Shown here: positions 53,855 to 64,000 of the stretch, one piece after another
Position numbering within the stretch: position 1 is the stretch's first letter
How the letters are laid out: every line of letters starts with the position of its first letter
Origin: Halichondria panicea
Lineage: Eukaryota
NCBI RefSeq assembly: GCF_963675165.1
Contig: NC_087392.1
Span: forward strand, 14,022-78,021
Length of the DNA stretch: 64,000 bases
Direction of reading: 5' to 3'
Notes under the pieces: generated by a model
Databases searched by the model: none
Told to the model about the DNA's origin: nothing
Seen by the model: the letters and a program-made list of their open reading frames with translations, nothing else
Position numbers and translations under genes: made by a program

Positions 53855-55020
53855 ATGCAAAATTCGAACTGGTTTTTAGAAGAGATGACAGTGTCTTATT
53901 ACTTGACTCTACTTGTTGTAACCTGCTTGTTGTGTAGGCTCAGTGCTGGCTATCCTTTCTCAGGTAAGAGAAACAATATGACTTACCTATCATTCAAAAC
54001 TATCCATACCTGACTGCTCACTGTAGGAGAGGACAAGCACTTCGATAAGGTAACTGTTGACATAAAAGATGTCACTAACACCACTGCTCTCATGGAGTGG
54101 GTGGTTCCACATGATCAAGGACAAGTTGACAGTTACACTGTAGGTGTCTCGTGCACATTGTATTCTTTATCTTGTCATCCTGCAGGTCTCTTGTACTACT
54201 TCAGAATCTCAGCCTCTGGAATTCCCTGCTTCTAATGAAGCCAAGCAGATGGCTCTCACTGACTTGATACCCAATACTGACTATTCGTGTTCTCTATTGG
54301 CCAATGACAAGACAAGATGGAAAAACATCCTGGACCCGATCCACTTCACCACCCTCAATACTACCAAAGGTGAACTCTCTATCATAATGCACTAGTATAA
54401 GTGTTTGTTGCAGGCTCAGTTGCCAAGTCATCAGTGACCACTAAAAATAGGACCCTACTCTTGCTGAGTATTCTACTGCCAATCTTTCTGCTAACAGTCT
54501 GCATAGGAGGCTGTGTCCTTACCATACTGGAAGTGAAGAAGAAGAAAATTGATGAGAACAAAAAGTAACTTAACTTGTTTTTTTCATATATATACTGGAG
54601 TGTTGTCATATTAATTCACGCAGACCTATGAGTTATAAGTCTGTGAGTTATAGAGGACAAGGGTCCAATCCAGACACACTAAAGAAGGATTACAAGAAGC
54701 TTTGGCAAGACATGCGCACCAAGTATAAGCGACCAGAACTACAGACTCCCTCAAACACAAAATCCAACAATCAAGTTCTGTTTGATAAGAGCCCCGAACC
54801 AAATTCCCACCACAACCCAGTGCTACAAGACAACGAAGCTGAGGCTGAGATACTGATATCACCTCTGATGCCATTAACTCTTTTAGATCTCTCTACTTCT
54901 CTGTTGCCTAGTATGCAAACACAGTTGATAGAAGACTACTCCAAGCTGGACCACAACATGACACTGGACAATGTACAGCTCCCGTTCCCACCTCCTAGTG
55001 AGGATGACATTATCGTCTAG
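53855..55020 (+). CDS. small type-I membrane protein with one fibronectin-III-like ectodomain, ~5 exons
   Basis: Ex1 53855-~53962 (MQNSNWFLEEMTVSYYLTLLVVTCLLCRLSAGYPFS|gtaag). Ex2 ~54003-54140 (GEDKHFDKVTVDIKDVTNTTALMEWVVPHDQGQVDSYTV). Ex3 ~54186-54372 (SCTTSESQPLEFPAS..DYSCSLLAND..). The TM exon reads ..[31 protein letters not shown]. The cytoplasmic exon 54628-55020 reads ..KKLWQDMRTKYKRPELQ..EDDIIV*. FN3 assignment rests on the W..Y..C pattern only. Confidence 0.45.
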
Positions 55021-55167
55021 TACATTCAAGAAATCACATTAAAATCACATTTGTTGCATATCATTATTATTTTTATGGTCAAGTTATGATTCGTATAATT
55101 ATATCATTGGTGTACGTACATACAGTTCAAATCACAACAGCTATAATTATAATTAAATGTAATAAAA

Positions 55168-56688
55168 CTAAAGTGGTTCTAGATTGATCTTGATACCATT
55201 CTTGCTTCGTAACACAACTTTAGGGGCTGTCTCAACTTTGTGTCCTTGTACTAGCGATAACTTGAATCTGTTTAGAATGGAGGCAATCACAATCCTCTCT
55301 TCATTCAGAGCAAAGTTCTGTCCAATGCAGTTTCGCTGACCACCAGAAAATGGAATGTAGGCATAGGGGTCACGACCCTCGCAGTTGCTGGGATGGAAAC
55401 GAAGAGGGTCATATTCATCAGGATTCTCCCAAGTTTCCGGGTGGCGATGGATCTGTCGTATACCAATGCCAAAGTTCATCCCCTTGGGAATGATATGGCC
55501 GTCCAGTATCATTTCCTCCGTTGCTTTTCTGAATATAAAGAAGACAGGAGGGTAGAGTCTCATGGCCTCCTTGATGGCCCACTGAGTGTACTTGAGCTCT
55601 TTAAGATCATCATAGTCAAGGGTGTCTCGTCCCTGAAGCACACTCCTCACCTCCTCACGTACTTTCTCCTGGGCCTCAGGATGCTTTGCTAGACAGTACA
55701 GGGTCCAGCACATCCCACTGGTCGTCGTGTCATGGCCCTCAAACATGAATGTGTCCACTTCATCTTGAATCTCTTGATCGGTGAGGCCATTGCCATCCTC
55801 GTCTCTAGCTATGAGCAGAACGTCCAGGAAATCCAGGTACTTCCCCTTCTTTCTAGTCCGCAGCTCACTCTCTGAGAAGCCAGTTTTGCCCACTTCCAAC
55901 TCTTCCTTTCTCTTTTGTACAACCATTCTCGAGTGACTGTGCACAAACTGACAAAGTTTGTTGTACTTGCGTCCAGTGGGTGTCAAGTTGAATAGCCAGT
56001 CAATTCTGCCAACCAAAGTAACGAATCTCTCTGTGGTCAGTTCTACTAGCTCTTGAACCGCCTCAATATATGGATGGCTTTGTGTAGTGTCTTGACAATT
56101 GCTGGAGAAACTGAAAGAGCACTGAAGGATGATATCCAGTGAGAGCAAACTAATGCTATTAAAAAGTTCAATTTGTTTATTTTTATCCATCAATGCTGTC
56201 CACTTGTCAAGTAATTCCTTAACACAATTGTTGTACACAGGCACATAAGGCTTGAGGATTTCGTAGTGAAAAGCTGGAGTTAGCAAACGACGATTTCTGG
56301 CCCATTTTGATCCTTTGGATATAAGAAGTCCATCGCCAAGCCAAGGTTTGAACAAACGATACTCGGCAGCGTTCTTAGGTTGCTTGAGCACCTTCCCTGC
56401 AAGACTGCAATGATAAATGTCGATGGACGGTTGGAATGGACCGATCCATGTTCTAACCATTTTCCAGCGCTTTTCTTTCACGGCATATTTCATAACTTTG
56501 TGATATTCCTCTTCAGATTCCAACATCTTTCGTACGTCAAGTAAGTTTCCAAACAGCCAATGTGCTGGAAGTCCTGGGATGTTTCTAACTGCCTTCCAAT
56601 GAACATAGTATCGAAACAGACGACCTGGAACATTGAAGATGAACAATCCGACCAGTAAGAGTGCAGAAATCACAAGCAAAGGCTCCAT
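55168..56688 (-). CDS. cytochrome P450, CYP4-clan, single exon (copy A, 506 aa)
   Basis: N-terminal membrane anchor MEPLLVISALLLVGLFIF; I-helix EGHDTTTSGM; ExxR EAMRLYPPV; PERF-like DPLRFHP; heme-binding FSGGQRNCIGQNFA. The CYP4-type motif EVDTFMFEGHDTT is present. Confidence 0.9.
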   Translation of the reverse strand: MEPLLVISALLLVGLFIFNVPGRLFRYYVHWKAVRNIPGLPAHWLFGNLLDVRKMLESEEEYHKVMKYAVKEKRWKMVRTWIGPFQPSIDIYHCSLAGKVLKQPKNAAEYRLFKPWLGDGLLISKGSKWARNRRLLTPAFHYEILKPYVPVYNNCVKELLDKWTALMDKNKQIELFNSISLLSLDIILQCSFSFSSNCQDTTQSHPYIEAVQELVELTTERFVTLVGRIDWLFNLTPTGRKYNKLCQFVHSHSRMVVQKRKEELEVGKTGFSESELRTRKKGKYLDFLDVLLIARDEDGNGLTDQEIQDEVDTFMFEGHDTTTSGMCWTLYCLAKHPEAQEKVREEVRSVLQGRDTLDYDDLKELKYTQWAIKEAMRLYPPVFFIFRKATEEMILDGHIIPKGMNFGIGIRQIHRHPETWENPDEYDPLRFHPSNCEGRDPYAYIPFSGGQRNCIGQNFALNEERIVIASILNRFKLSLVQGHKVETAPKVVLRSKNGIKINLEPL

Positions 56689-56865
56689 GTTTTAGCTCAG
56701 CTATAATTAATTATTATTTTGCCATTCAGCAGCCCCTCCCCTTTAGGCTTACCTTAGGGGAGGACTACTACTACTGCAATTTATAAGAATAAGAATCAAA
56801 TTTTCAGTGTTCCAACAAAAATATAATATAAACTCTAGAGCTAGAAGAATGGAATACATCACACA

Positions 56866-58401
56866 TTACAATGCAGACTCAATGTTCACTAAAATATCAT
56901 TCTTGCTTCGTAACACAACTTTAGGAACAGTCTCAACTTTGTGTCCTTGTACTAGCGATAACTTGAATCTATTTACAATGGAGGCAGTCACAATCCTCTC
57001 TTCATTCAGAGCAAAGTTCTGTCCAATGCAGTTTCGCTGACCACCAGAGAATGGAATGTAGGCATAGGGGTCACGACCCTCGCAGTTGCTGGGATGGAAA
57101 CGAAGAGGGTCATACTCATCAGGATTATCCCAAGTGTCCGGGTGGCGATGGATCTGTCGTATGGACAGGCCAACAGTCATACCTTTAGGAATCTCGTGGC
57201 CATCCAGAACAAGGTTTCCATCAGATTGGCGGAATATAAAGAAGACAGGAGGGTAGAGTCTCATGGCCTCCTTGATGGCCCACTGAGTGTACTTGAGCTC
57301 TTTAAGATCATCATAGTCGAGGGTGTCTCGTCCCTGAAGCACACTCCTCACCTCCTCACGCACTTTCTCCTGTGCCTCAGGATGCTTTGCTAGACAGTAC
57401 AGGGTCCAGCACATTCCACTGGTCGTCGTGTCATGGCCTTCAAACATGAACGTGTCTACTTCATCTCTAATCTCGAGGTCAGTCAGTCCCTCTCCAGTCT
57501 CATCTTCAGCAGTGAGTAGAATGTCGAGAAAATCTAAATGTCTCTTTTGTCGTGTTTTAGCTAACAGTTCTTCTCGTTTCAACACTTTCTCTCCTGAATC
57601 AAGGCCCAGAAACTCCTTTCTTTCCTTTATAACCCCCTCAGAGTATTGATGAGCTTTGTTGCAGGCATCACGGAATTGTCTCCCCTCAGACGTGAGGTAG
57701 TACAGTATATCAATCCTCTTGAGTGGTGATGTGAATCGTGTTGCAGTCAGTTCAACAAGGTCTTGTACTGTTCTAATGTACGGGTGAGCAGTGGTGGCAG
57801 TTTGACAGTTACTCTGAAAGCTAAACGCACATTGCATTATCACGTCCAGTGAGAGCAGCCCGATTGAATCGAAGAGCTTCACCGACTGACCACCTTCAGC
57901 CGGTGAAACACTCCACTTGTCCAATAGTACCTCTGTACAGTCGTTGTAGATACCCACATAGCCTTTGAGGATATCGTAATGGAAAGCTGGAGTGAGGAGG
58001 CGACGATTCCTGAACCATTTGCTCCCTCCAGAGATGAGAAGTCCATCCCCTAGCCATGGCTTGATGAGACCATACACCTCACTATCCTTGGAGGCCTTGA
58101 GCACAGGACCGACAAGAGAGCAATGCTGAATAGCAACCATCGGAAAGAATGGGCCCAGCCAACTCCTAGTCAACTTGTGCTTGTTCTGAAATATGAAGTT
58201 AGTCCATTTCTTGGTAGTTTCTTCATCCAGATTGATTTGATGTAGGTTTCCCCATAGCCAGTGTGTTGGCCATCCAGGCAGCGCCCTCACTGCATTGCAC
58301 TGTATGTAATAGCCATAGAGCGCTGGTGGGAGCTTTAGAAGGAGCACTGCAATCACGAGAGTGGCTGCAGCTACACACAACAGGGACACAACATACTCCA
58401 T
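56866..58401 (-). CDS. cytochrome P450, CYP4-clan, single exon (copy B, 511 aa), tandem paralogue of copy A
   Basis: Same motif set as copy A. The C-terminal ~190 codons are ~97-98% identical at the DNA level to copy A (e.g. 56891-57150 vs 55201-55460), whereas the N-terminal halves are strongly diverged. Only ~177 bp separate the copy B stop from the copy A start. Confidence 0.9.
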   Translation of the reverse strand: MEYVVSLLCVAAATLVIAVLLLKLPPALYGYYIQCNAVRALPGWPTHWLWGNLHQINLDEETTKKWTNFIFQNKHKLTRSWLGPFFPMVAIQHCSLVGPVLKASKDSEVYGLIKPWLGDGLLISGGSKWFRNRRLLTPAFHYDILKGYVGIYNDCTEVLLDKWSVSPAEGGQSVKLFDSIGLLSLDVIMQCAFSFQSNCQTATTAHPYIRTVQDLVELTATRFTSPLKRIDILYYLTSEGRQFRDACNKAHQYSEGVIKERKEFLGLDSGEKVLKREELLAKTRQKRHLDFLDILLTAEDETGEGLTDLEIRDEVDTFMFEGHDTTTSGMCWTLYCLAKHPEAQEKVREEVRSVLQGRDTLDYDDLKELKYTQWAIKEAMRLYPPVFFIFRQSDGNLVLDGHEIPKGMTVGLSIRQIHRHPDTWDNPDEYDPLRFHPSNCEGRDPYAYIPFSGGQRNCIGQNFALNEERIVTASIVNRFKLSLVQGHKVETVPKVVLRSKNDILVNIESAL

Positions 58402-58603
58402 ACTTTACTGAACTTTCAGCTAGCTTGTAATTTATATGTTTACCTTGATGTCACATGACCACAAAGTACATGCAACTTGAGCACCCACCCACGCAATTGC
58501 CAATTGGTTGTTTTTTGACATTGCAGAATAATTATTAAAATCACCAGGCAACACAGCACTAGATTCTACACATAAAATACTACACAAACACAAATATCGA
58601 CAC

Positions 58604-61600
58604 TGTCAAGTTGGTCGTGGTAAAAGTCCATTCATATCAGGCTGTAAGAATTCATCCATGATGCTCTGCACAGTGTCACTGAGAGTGGCCCTCAGCTCTG
58701 CCTCCGGGGTCCTGAGAGGGTAGGGAGGTAGCCATACACTAGTGACAGGGAGAACTTACTTGGTTCTTGGTTCAGTGAATAGCTCAACGTAGTACTTGAC
58801 CTTTGGTTCTGTCCCACTAGTCCTGAGTGTGAACACACAGTTGTTGTCCAGAGTGAAGGTGATGAGTTGAGAGCGAGGGTCCACTGGCAATACCTGGAAA
58901 CACTATATATGATACACACACTTGCATGCAATGACCTTTACCGGAAGGTAGTGAGGAGGCCTTGTGCTGTCATAGCCGACAGTGAGGTCTACCACAGAGG
59001 TCACGTTGTGTTTCCCACACCTCGTGGGGTACTAGGAGAGAGGGGGCAATACACAGAGGCATAGGGGGTAGTGTACCTACCTCCAACTATACACAGAGGC
59101 GTAGGGGGTAGTGTACCTACCTCCAACTATACACAGAGGCGTAGGGGGTAGTGTACCTACCTCCAACTATACACAGAGGCGTAGGGGGTAGTGTACCTAC
59201 CTCCAACTATACACAGAGGCGTAGGGGGTAGTGTACCTACCTCCAACTATACACAGAGGCGTAGGGGGTAGTGTACCTACCTCCAACTATACACAGAGGC
59301 GTAGGGGGTAGTGTACCTACCTCCAACTATACACAGAGGCGTAGGGGGTAGTGTACCTACCTCCAACTATACACAGAGGCGTAGGGGGTAGTGTACCTAC
59401 CTCCTTGTTGCCACGCAGTCTGTCAAAGATCCTCTGTATAGTGACTTGGTCATAGCATATATAGTAGGAGACATGTGTGAGGTAGTAGCCATACCTACAG
59501 ACAGGGCAGTGAGTGGTACTGCACACAGTGATGGAGCTCACCTGTGGTAGAGAATGGCGAGTTGATCATGGAAAGTCTTGTCCTGAGAGTGGAGCCATCC
59601 GCCATACTCTGCCAACACTGCAGCTGCACTGATGCCATCTTTATCCAGTACTGTACTGCCAAACATGTAGCCAATAGCCTCCTCATAAGCAAACAGCACT
59701 GTCTTTCCCTCAGCCTGCAAGCTATGGGTCCTATTGCCCATCCACTTGAACCCTGTCAGTGTCTCCTGTTACAGGGACAAAGGCTGAACACAGTGTACAG
59801 TGAGAGATGCAAGGTCACCTCAAAGTTGAAGCCCTCCTCTTTAGCAAGAGATCGGATGAACTTGGAGGACACTGTGCTGGCCAGCATATACACCTTAGAC
59901 CCTGCAGGAGGTCAGTGCAGGAGGTCAATGCAGGAGGTTAGTTATTAGAACCAAACTGAAAGATTTAGTGCAGCGGCCACTTCTACAAAATCATGACATT
60001 GGATCAACGGTACTAAAGTTATGGCTGTTGGAAAGATGGACTCTTTCAGCTGCCATAACTTAAATTCCGTGGATACAATTGCAACGATTTTTTGATTTTC
60101 TGAAAGCTTAGAAAGAGATCTTTAAAATGGTATCATCAAAATTCTTATTTGAGTGATAAAATTATTTGCCAATTCAGCCATACCATGGATAATAGCCCAT
60201 GGTCCAAGGCCGAAAAACGAGAAATTAGAGCCCCGACAAAATTTTGGATCGAAACACATCATTTGAAAGGTATTTTCCTAAGCTTTCAGAAAATCATAAA
60301 ATTTTTGACATTGGATAAACGGTACTAAAGTTATGGCTGTTGAAAGATGTTCAACTACACCCCTCCGTTTAATCTCAGAATAGTATCAAGAACTGACCAT
60401 CAAAGGAGGAAGTAAGTGAGTCCTTGTAGATGTTGACGGCCCACCATGACAACAAAGCCCCTGTCTCATTCCCACTGAATATCTTCCATTGTCCAGTAGT
60501 GGGATGCCTCTCAGCCAGAGCCAGTCTATCAGCATCAGGGTCAGTGGCGAGGATCACAGAACTCCCATTCTCCTCAGCTGTACGCATAGCCAGGTCCTGT
60601 GTTAGACAGTAGGTGTGTCTGTCGGGTATTGCTATAGCAACGGCTTACAAGGGCACTCTTTCCTTCCTCTGGGTTAGGGAACTGGACAGTGGGGAAGTCA
60701 GGGTCAGGGGTCATCTGTTCCTTGACTGGTATCAGCTCTGGTAGTCCAAATGCTTGGAAGGCCTTGACCACAGCATCCCCGCCCACTCCATGCATGGGTG
60801 TGAAGGTGTACCTCAAACCAGGCTCAGAATTGAACACACGTCTGTAGTGTCATATCACATTTAGTGGTGTGTTGTACCTGACACAATGCCTCTGTATCTA
60901 TAGTGGTGTGTTGTACCTGACACAATGCCTCTGTATGGCCTGGTAGTAGCACTCCTCAACGCCTGCCAGTGGGTCACTCACTAGGTGACTGCTAGTAATG
61001 ACCTCCGTGAACCATGACCTCTCCCAAGGGGTCAACTGGGCCTCAATCTGCGTTGCTATGCCAACATCGTGAGGGGGGATAATCTAAAAGGGTAGCAAGT
61101 CCATTAAAAGCAGCTCTAGGATTGTTAGCACACACCCACACCCCCGCACACACACCCCCGCACACCCACACACACCTGTGCCCCGTTGTCCCAGTAAACC
61201 TTGTAGCCATTATACTCCTTTGGGTTGTGAGAGGCAGTGACTTGAACACCTGCTACACAACCATAGTGGAGTACAGCATACGCCTGGGAGGAGGGGCAAT
61301 AGATCACATGACACAAGGTCAACACTCTCACCACATAGGGGGTGGGAACGTGGTGGGAAAACAGACGAACTTTGAACCCTTTGTTGAGGAATATCGAGGC
61401 AGTGAGTTGTGCAAACCTGGGAATTGATTACCATGACAACAGTTATTCGCGTATAAAAGGTTCTGCTCACCGGAGGCTATTGTATCGTGCATCATAGCCG
61501 ATAGCCACACCCCTTTCCAGTACCTGTGAGGGCGTGAAGCACTGCAGGAGGTAGCTGGCCAGGCCCTGTGTGTGTGTGTGTGTGTGTGAGGTGATGACAT

Positions 61601-62119
61601 AAGACAAGCTATTGAGTACGAGGTATGAAAACCATTCACAGCATTTGTGTGAGTGTCATACCTGAGTGGTTTGAATGATGGTGAGGTCGTTCATCATACT
61701 GTAGCCAGCCCCCATCTTGGCACGAAGACCTAGTATAACATCATTATACAATATACATTAGCACATACATACTGGCCGAACCCTGTACTCTGTACCCTGA
61801 GAGCCTCACCTGCTGTTCCGAATGCCATCCTCGAGCCTAGTCGACAGTTGAGCTCTCCTTCATTCTCCTCTCCAAGCAGACGCTCTATCACAGCACGAGT
61901 GACTGGGTCCTGGGATGGAGACAACACACTCAAGGACTATCACAATGGCCACCAGCCTAGCTAGCTGCACTCAAGGTCTATCAATGACCACCAGTCTAGC
62001 TAGCTGCACACCTTGTCCAGCCTCAGCCATTCTTCCACTAGCTCCTTGGTTCGATCAGTGAGTCCTCTCTCCATCATACTGCCTGCACCATTCTCCATCA
62101 AGCAGCTAACCTCTTCCAT
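58604..62119 (-). CDS. PGM2: phosphoglucomutase-2 / phosphopentomutase (PGM2-like), multi-exon
   Basis: N-terminal exon [36 protein letters not shown]|gtgtgc (start ~62119). Then ..[16 protein letters not shown]..; the active-site exon ..[29 protein letters not shown] (phosphoserine loop TASHNP); ..[55 protein letters not shown]; ..[35 protein letters not shown].. (Mg-binding DPDADR); ..[31 protein letters not shown]..; and the last exon ..[34 protein letters not shown] (stop ~58604). Confidence 0.85.
59040..59400. repeat. 40-bp tandem repeat x9 (cagaggcgtagggggtagtgtacctacctccaactataca) in a PGM2 intron
   Basis: Direct reading: nine essentially perfect units. Confidence 0.9.
59960..60370. 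repeat. copy of the ~348-bp repeat family in a PGM2 intron
   Basis: Shares ..ataatagcccatggtccaaggccgaaaaa.. and ..ttttgacattggat(c/a)aacggtactaaagttatggctgttg.. with the units at 40600-42640. Confidence 0.7.
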
Positions 62120-62816
62120 CTCTGTGTGTTCAGATCAGACTAGTTATAAGCAGTACCTCGTACACCAGCGGAGCCCTGGATGTGCACTTCTTTAGCATCC
62201 GCACGTACTTAACTTATGAAGTAGCTAGTTTCTGTTTACCTTGTTATCACGTGTGTGTGTGTGCGTGTGTAAATATTAGATCTCTGATTAGATCTTTATC
62301 CCTTGGTCGCGTGTGATCAAACTATTGAGCTCTGACAGACAAGGTTCAGGTTCAATTCCTGCAAGGGACATGGTACTCTTTTTTTTCCAATAACTTTTTT
62401 GGTCAAAATAACAATAGGAAAACAAAATAATGATACACTAATAAGTTCTACTAATAAGTTCTACTATATGTATAACTATAAGTACTAATAAGTTCAAATT
62501 CTCTCTGCCCTATTGCGACCTTTAGACCTTGACTGCACGGCCGGCCCATGACATTGCTCATGTGATCACCTGCAGGCTAAGCAGGAACAATACAATAATA
62601 GCACAATAGAGAGCGACTACTACCCTGGCCAATCACATGGCAGGCTAGTAGCAACAGCTGTTGCCGTATTTGCTAGTTAGAATCATATGATTTTACTTTT
62701 AAACAAACTTGTCACGATTAACATTATTCATAAGTCAGCACATGACCCACATTCACCCCACACAGCACATATAAACCCCATGCAGCTTGGGTCCCATTAC
62801 ACCACCCATTGACAAC

Positions 62817-64000
62817 ATGAAGACTCACCTTGCTCTAGTAGCCTTGGCTGTGTTCTGTGTAGCCGTGGAGGGACAACAACCTGGTAACCAGAAGCCAGAG
62901 ATCCACCCCCAACTCTCCATGCAGACATGCACACAGTCAGGAGGCTGTGTTACACAACAGAAGAGTGTAGTGCTGGATGCCAACTGGCGATGGCTACACA
63001 CGGTCACTGGATACACCAACTGCTACACTGGCACCACCTGGGACAAGAGCCTCTGTCCTGATGGCAAGACATGCGCTACCAACTGTGCCCTAGATGGGGC
63101 AGATTATGAGGGAACCTACGGAGTACATGCAAGTGGCAACTCTCTTAAACTAGACTTTCTTATTAAGGGACAATATGCTATCAATGTGGGCTCTAGACTT
63201 TACCTAATGGACTCAGAGAACGAGTACTACATGTTCAAGCTTAAGAACAAAGAGTTCACCTTTGATGTTGATGTGTCCAACCTTCCTTGCGGCATCAATG
63301 GTGCACTATACATGATTCAGATGGACGGAGATGGAGGCACATCACGATTCCCAGCTAACAAAGCCGGAGCAAAGTTTGGAACAGGTTATTGTGATGCACA
63401 ATGTCCCCACGATATCAAGTTCATCAACGGAGAGGCCAACTGCGAGGATTGGGACTCCACAAATGCAGTGGGTAAATATGGTACCTGCTGTAGCGAGATG
63501 GACATCTGGGAGTCCAACAGCATCTCCACAGCCTACACCACTCATGTGTGCACAGTCCAGGGCCAGACAAGGTGTGAGGGGCAACAATGTGGCGATGGCA
63601 GTCAGAGACACGATGGGGTGTGTGACAAGGACGGTTGTGACTTTAATCCATATCGAATGGGAGACAAGAGCTTCTTTGGTCCAGCACAAAACTTCAGCAT
63701 TGACTCAACGCAAGTGTTGACAGTGGTGACTCAGTTCATAACTGCTGACGGCACAGATACTGGTGACCTGAAGGAGATTAAGAGGATATGGGTACAAAAT
63801 GGAAAGGTCATTCAAACACGAAATGTCAACGTCATGAACAGCACCTTCAACTCCACTACTGACGATTTCTGCAACAAACAGAAGGCATCGTTTGGAGATC
63901 CTAATGATTATGAGAAGAGAGGTGGTAACAAGGCAATGGGTGATGCTATGGACAAGGGGATGGTACTAGCTCTGAGCCTATGGGACGATCATGCTGCCTA
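62817..64000 (+). CDS. glycoside hydrolase family 7 cellobiohydrolase (secreted), apparently intronless; 3' end runs off the window
   Basis: One continuous frame from ATG 62817 to the window end (394 codons; no stop within the window, so it is absent from the ORF track). Signal peptide [21 protein letters not shown]7 hallmarks: QTCTQSGGC..; ..LDANWRWLH..; ..[26 protein letters not shown]..; ..[21 protein letters not shown]..; and the catalytic motif [13 protein letters not shown] (E-x-D-x-x-E). Confidence 0.85.
   Translation, partial: MKTHLALVALAVFCVAVEGQQPGNQKPEIHPQLSMQTCTQSGGCVTQQKSVVLDANWRWLHTVTGYTNCYTGTTWDKSLCPDGKTCATNCALDGADYEGTYGVHASGNSLKLDFLIKGQYAINVGSRLYLMDSENEYYMFKLKNKEFTFDVDVSNLPCGINGALYMIQMDGDGGTSRFPANKAGAKFGTGYCDAQCPHDIKFINGEANCEDWDSTNAVGKYGTCCSEMDIWESNSISTAYTTHVCTVQGQTRCEGQQCGDGSQRHDGVCDKDGCDFNPYRMGDKSFFGPAQNFSIDSTQVLTVVTQFITADGTDTGDLKEIKRIWVQNGKVIQTRNVNVMNSTFNSTTDDFCNKQKASFGDPNDYEKRGGNKAMGDAMDKGMVLALSLWDDHAA

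Noticed and set aside
59040-59400. Regularly spaced direct repeats (40 bp x9; also 45 bp x5 at 16835-17085 and 30 bp x7 at 47240-47455) as possible CRISPR arrays
   Set aside because: The units are contiguous with no unique spacers. They lie inside introns of eukaryotic genes, and no cas genes are present. They are ordinary minisatellites.
62817-64000. GH7 gene as fungal or bacterial contamination of the assembly
   Set aside because: Not fully excluded, so it is kept as a finding. Contamination is judged less likely because the gene is contiguous on the same scaffold with intron-containing metazoan-type genes, 700 bp from PGM2. The intergenic DNA contains the same kind of AT-rich low-complexity sequence seen elsewhere in the window.

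Overview
This window is eukaryotic, most likely invertebrate-metazoan, nuclear DNA, and contains no prokaryotic operons. The sequence itself shows this. GT-AG introns split almost every gene. Long (CA)n/(GT)n microsatellites sit in the introns. There are tRNA-derived SINE-like repeats, MITEs with terminal inverted repeats, a 5'-truncated non-LTR retrotransposon fragment, and a ~348-bp repeat family that occurs both dispersed and as a 2-kb tandem array.

About 24 protein-coding genes are recognisable from their translated exons. Housekeeping genes: VTA1, a REPS-like EH-domain gene, TRMT61A, HGD, VBP1/prefoldin-3, an AKR1-type aldo-keto reductase, CDC40/PRP17, ISCU, IBTK and PGM2. Signalling/immune-type genes: an RNI/NLRC3-like LRR gene, a LEM-domain exon spliced in frame to a TIR-domain exon, a coiled-coil + MATH-only TRAF-like gene, a single-exon class-C (mGluR-like) GPCR, and an Ig-superfamily receptor with cytoplasmic tyrosine motifs. 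Also present are a compact CAMSAP gene, a tandem pair of intronless CYP4-type cytochrome P450 genes, and, at the 3' edge, an apparently intronless secreted GH7 cellobiohydrolase gene that runs off the window.

The most interesting items:
1. The GH7 cellulase sits in an animal-like genomic context next to PGM2 and the CYP4 pair.
2. The LEM–TIR in-frame exon junction may be a novel domain architecture. It lies within an LRR / TIR / TRAF neighbourhood that also holds a decayed TIR-exon copy.
3. The CYP4 duplicates are homogenised over their 3' halves except for a divergent patch over a substrate-recognition loop.
4. A perfect 81-bp in-frame duplication lies inside a CAMSAP coding exon.

All coordinates for multi-exon genes are gene spans, and exon boundaries were read by eye, so they are approximate. 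No database search could be run; all homology statements rest on recognised motifs.
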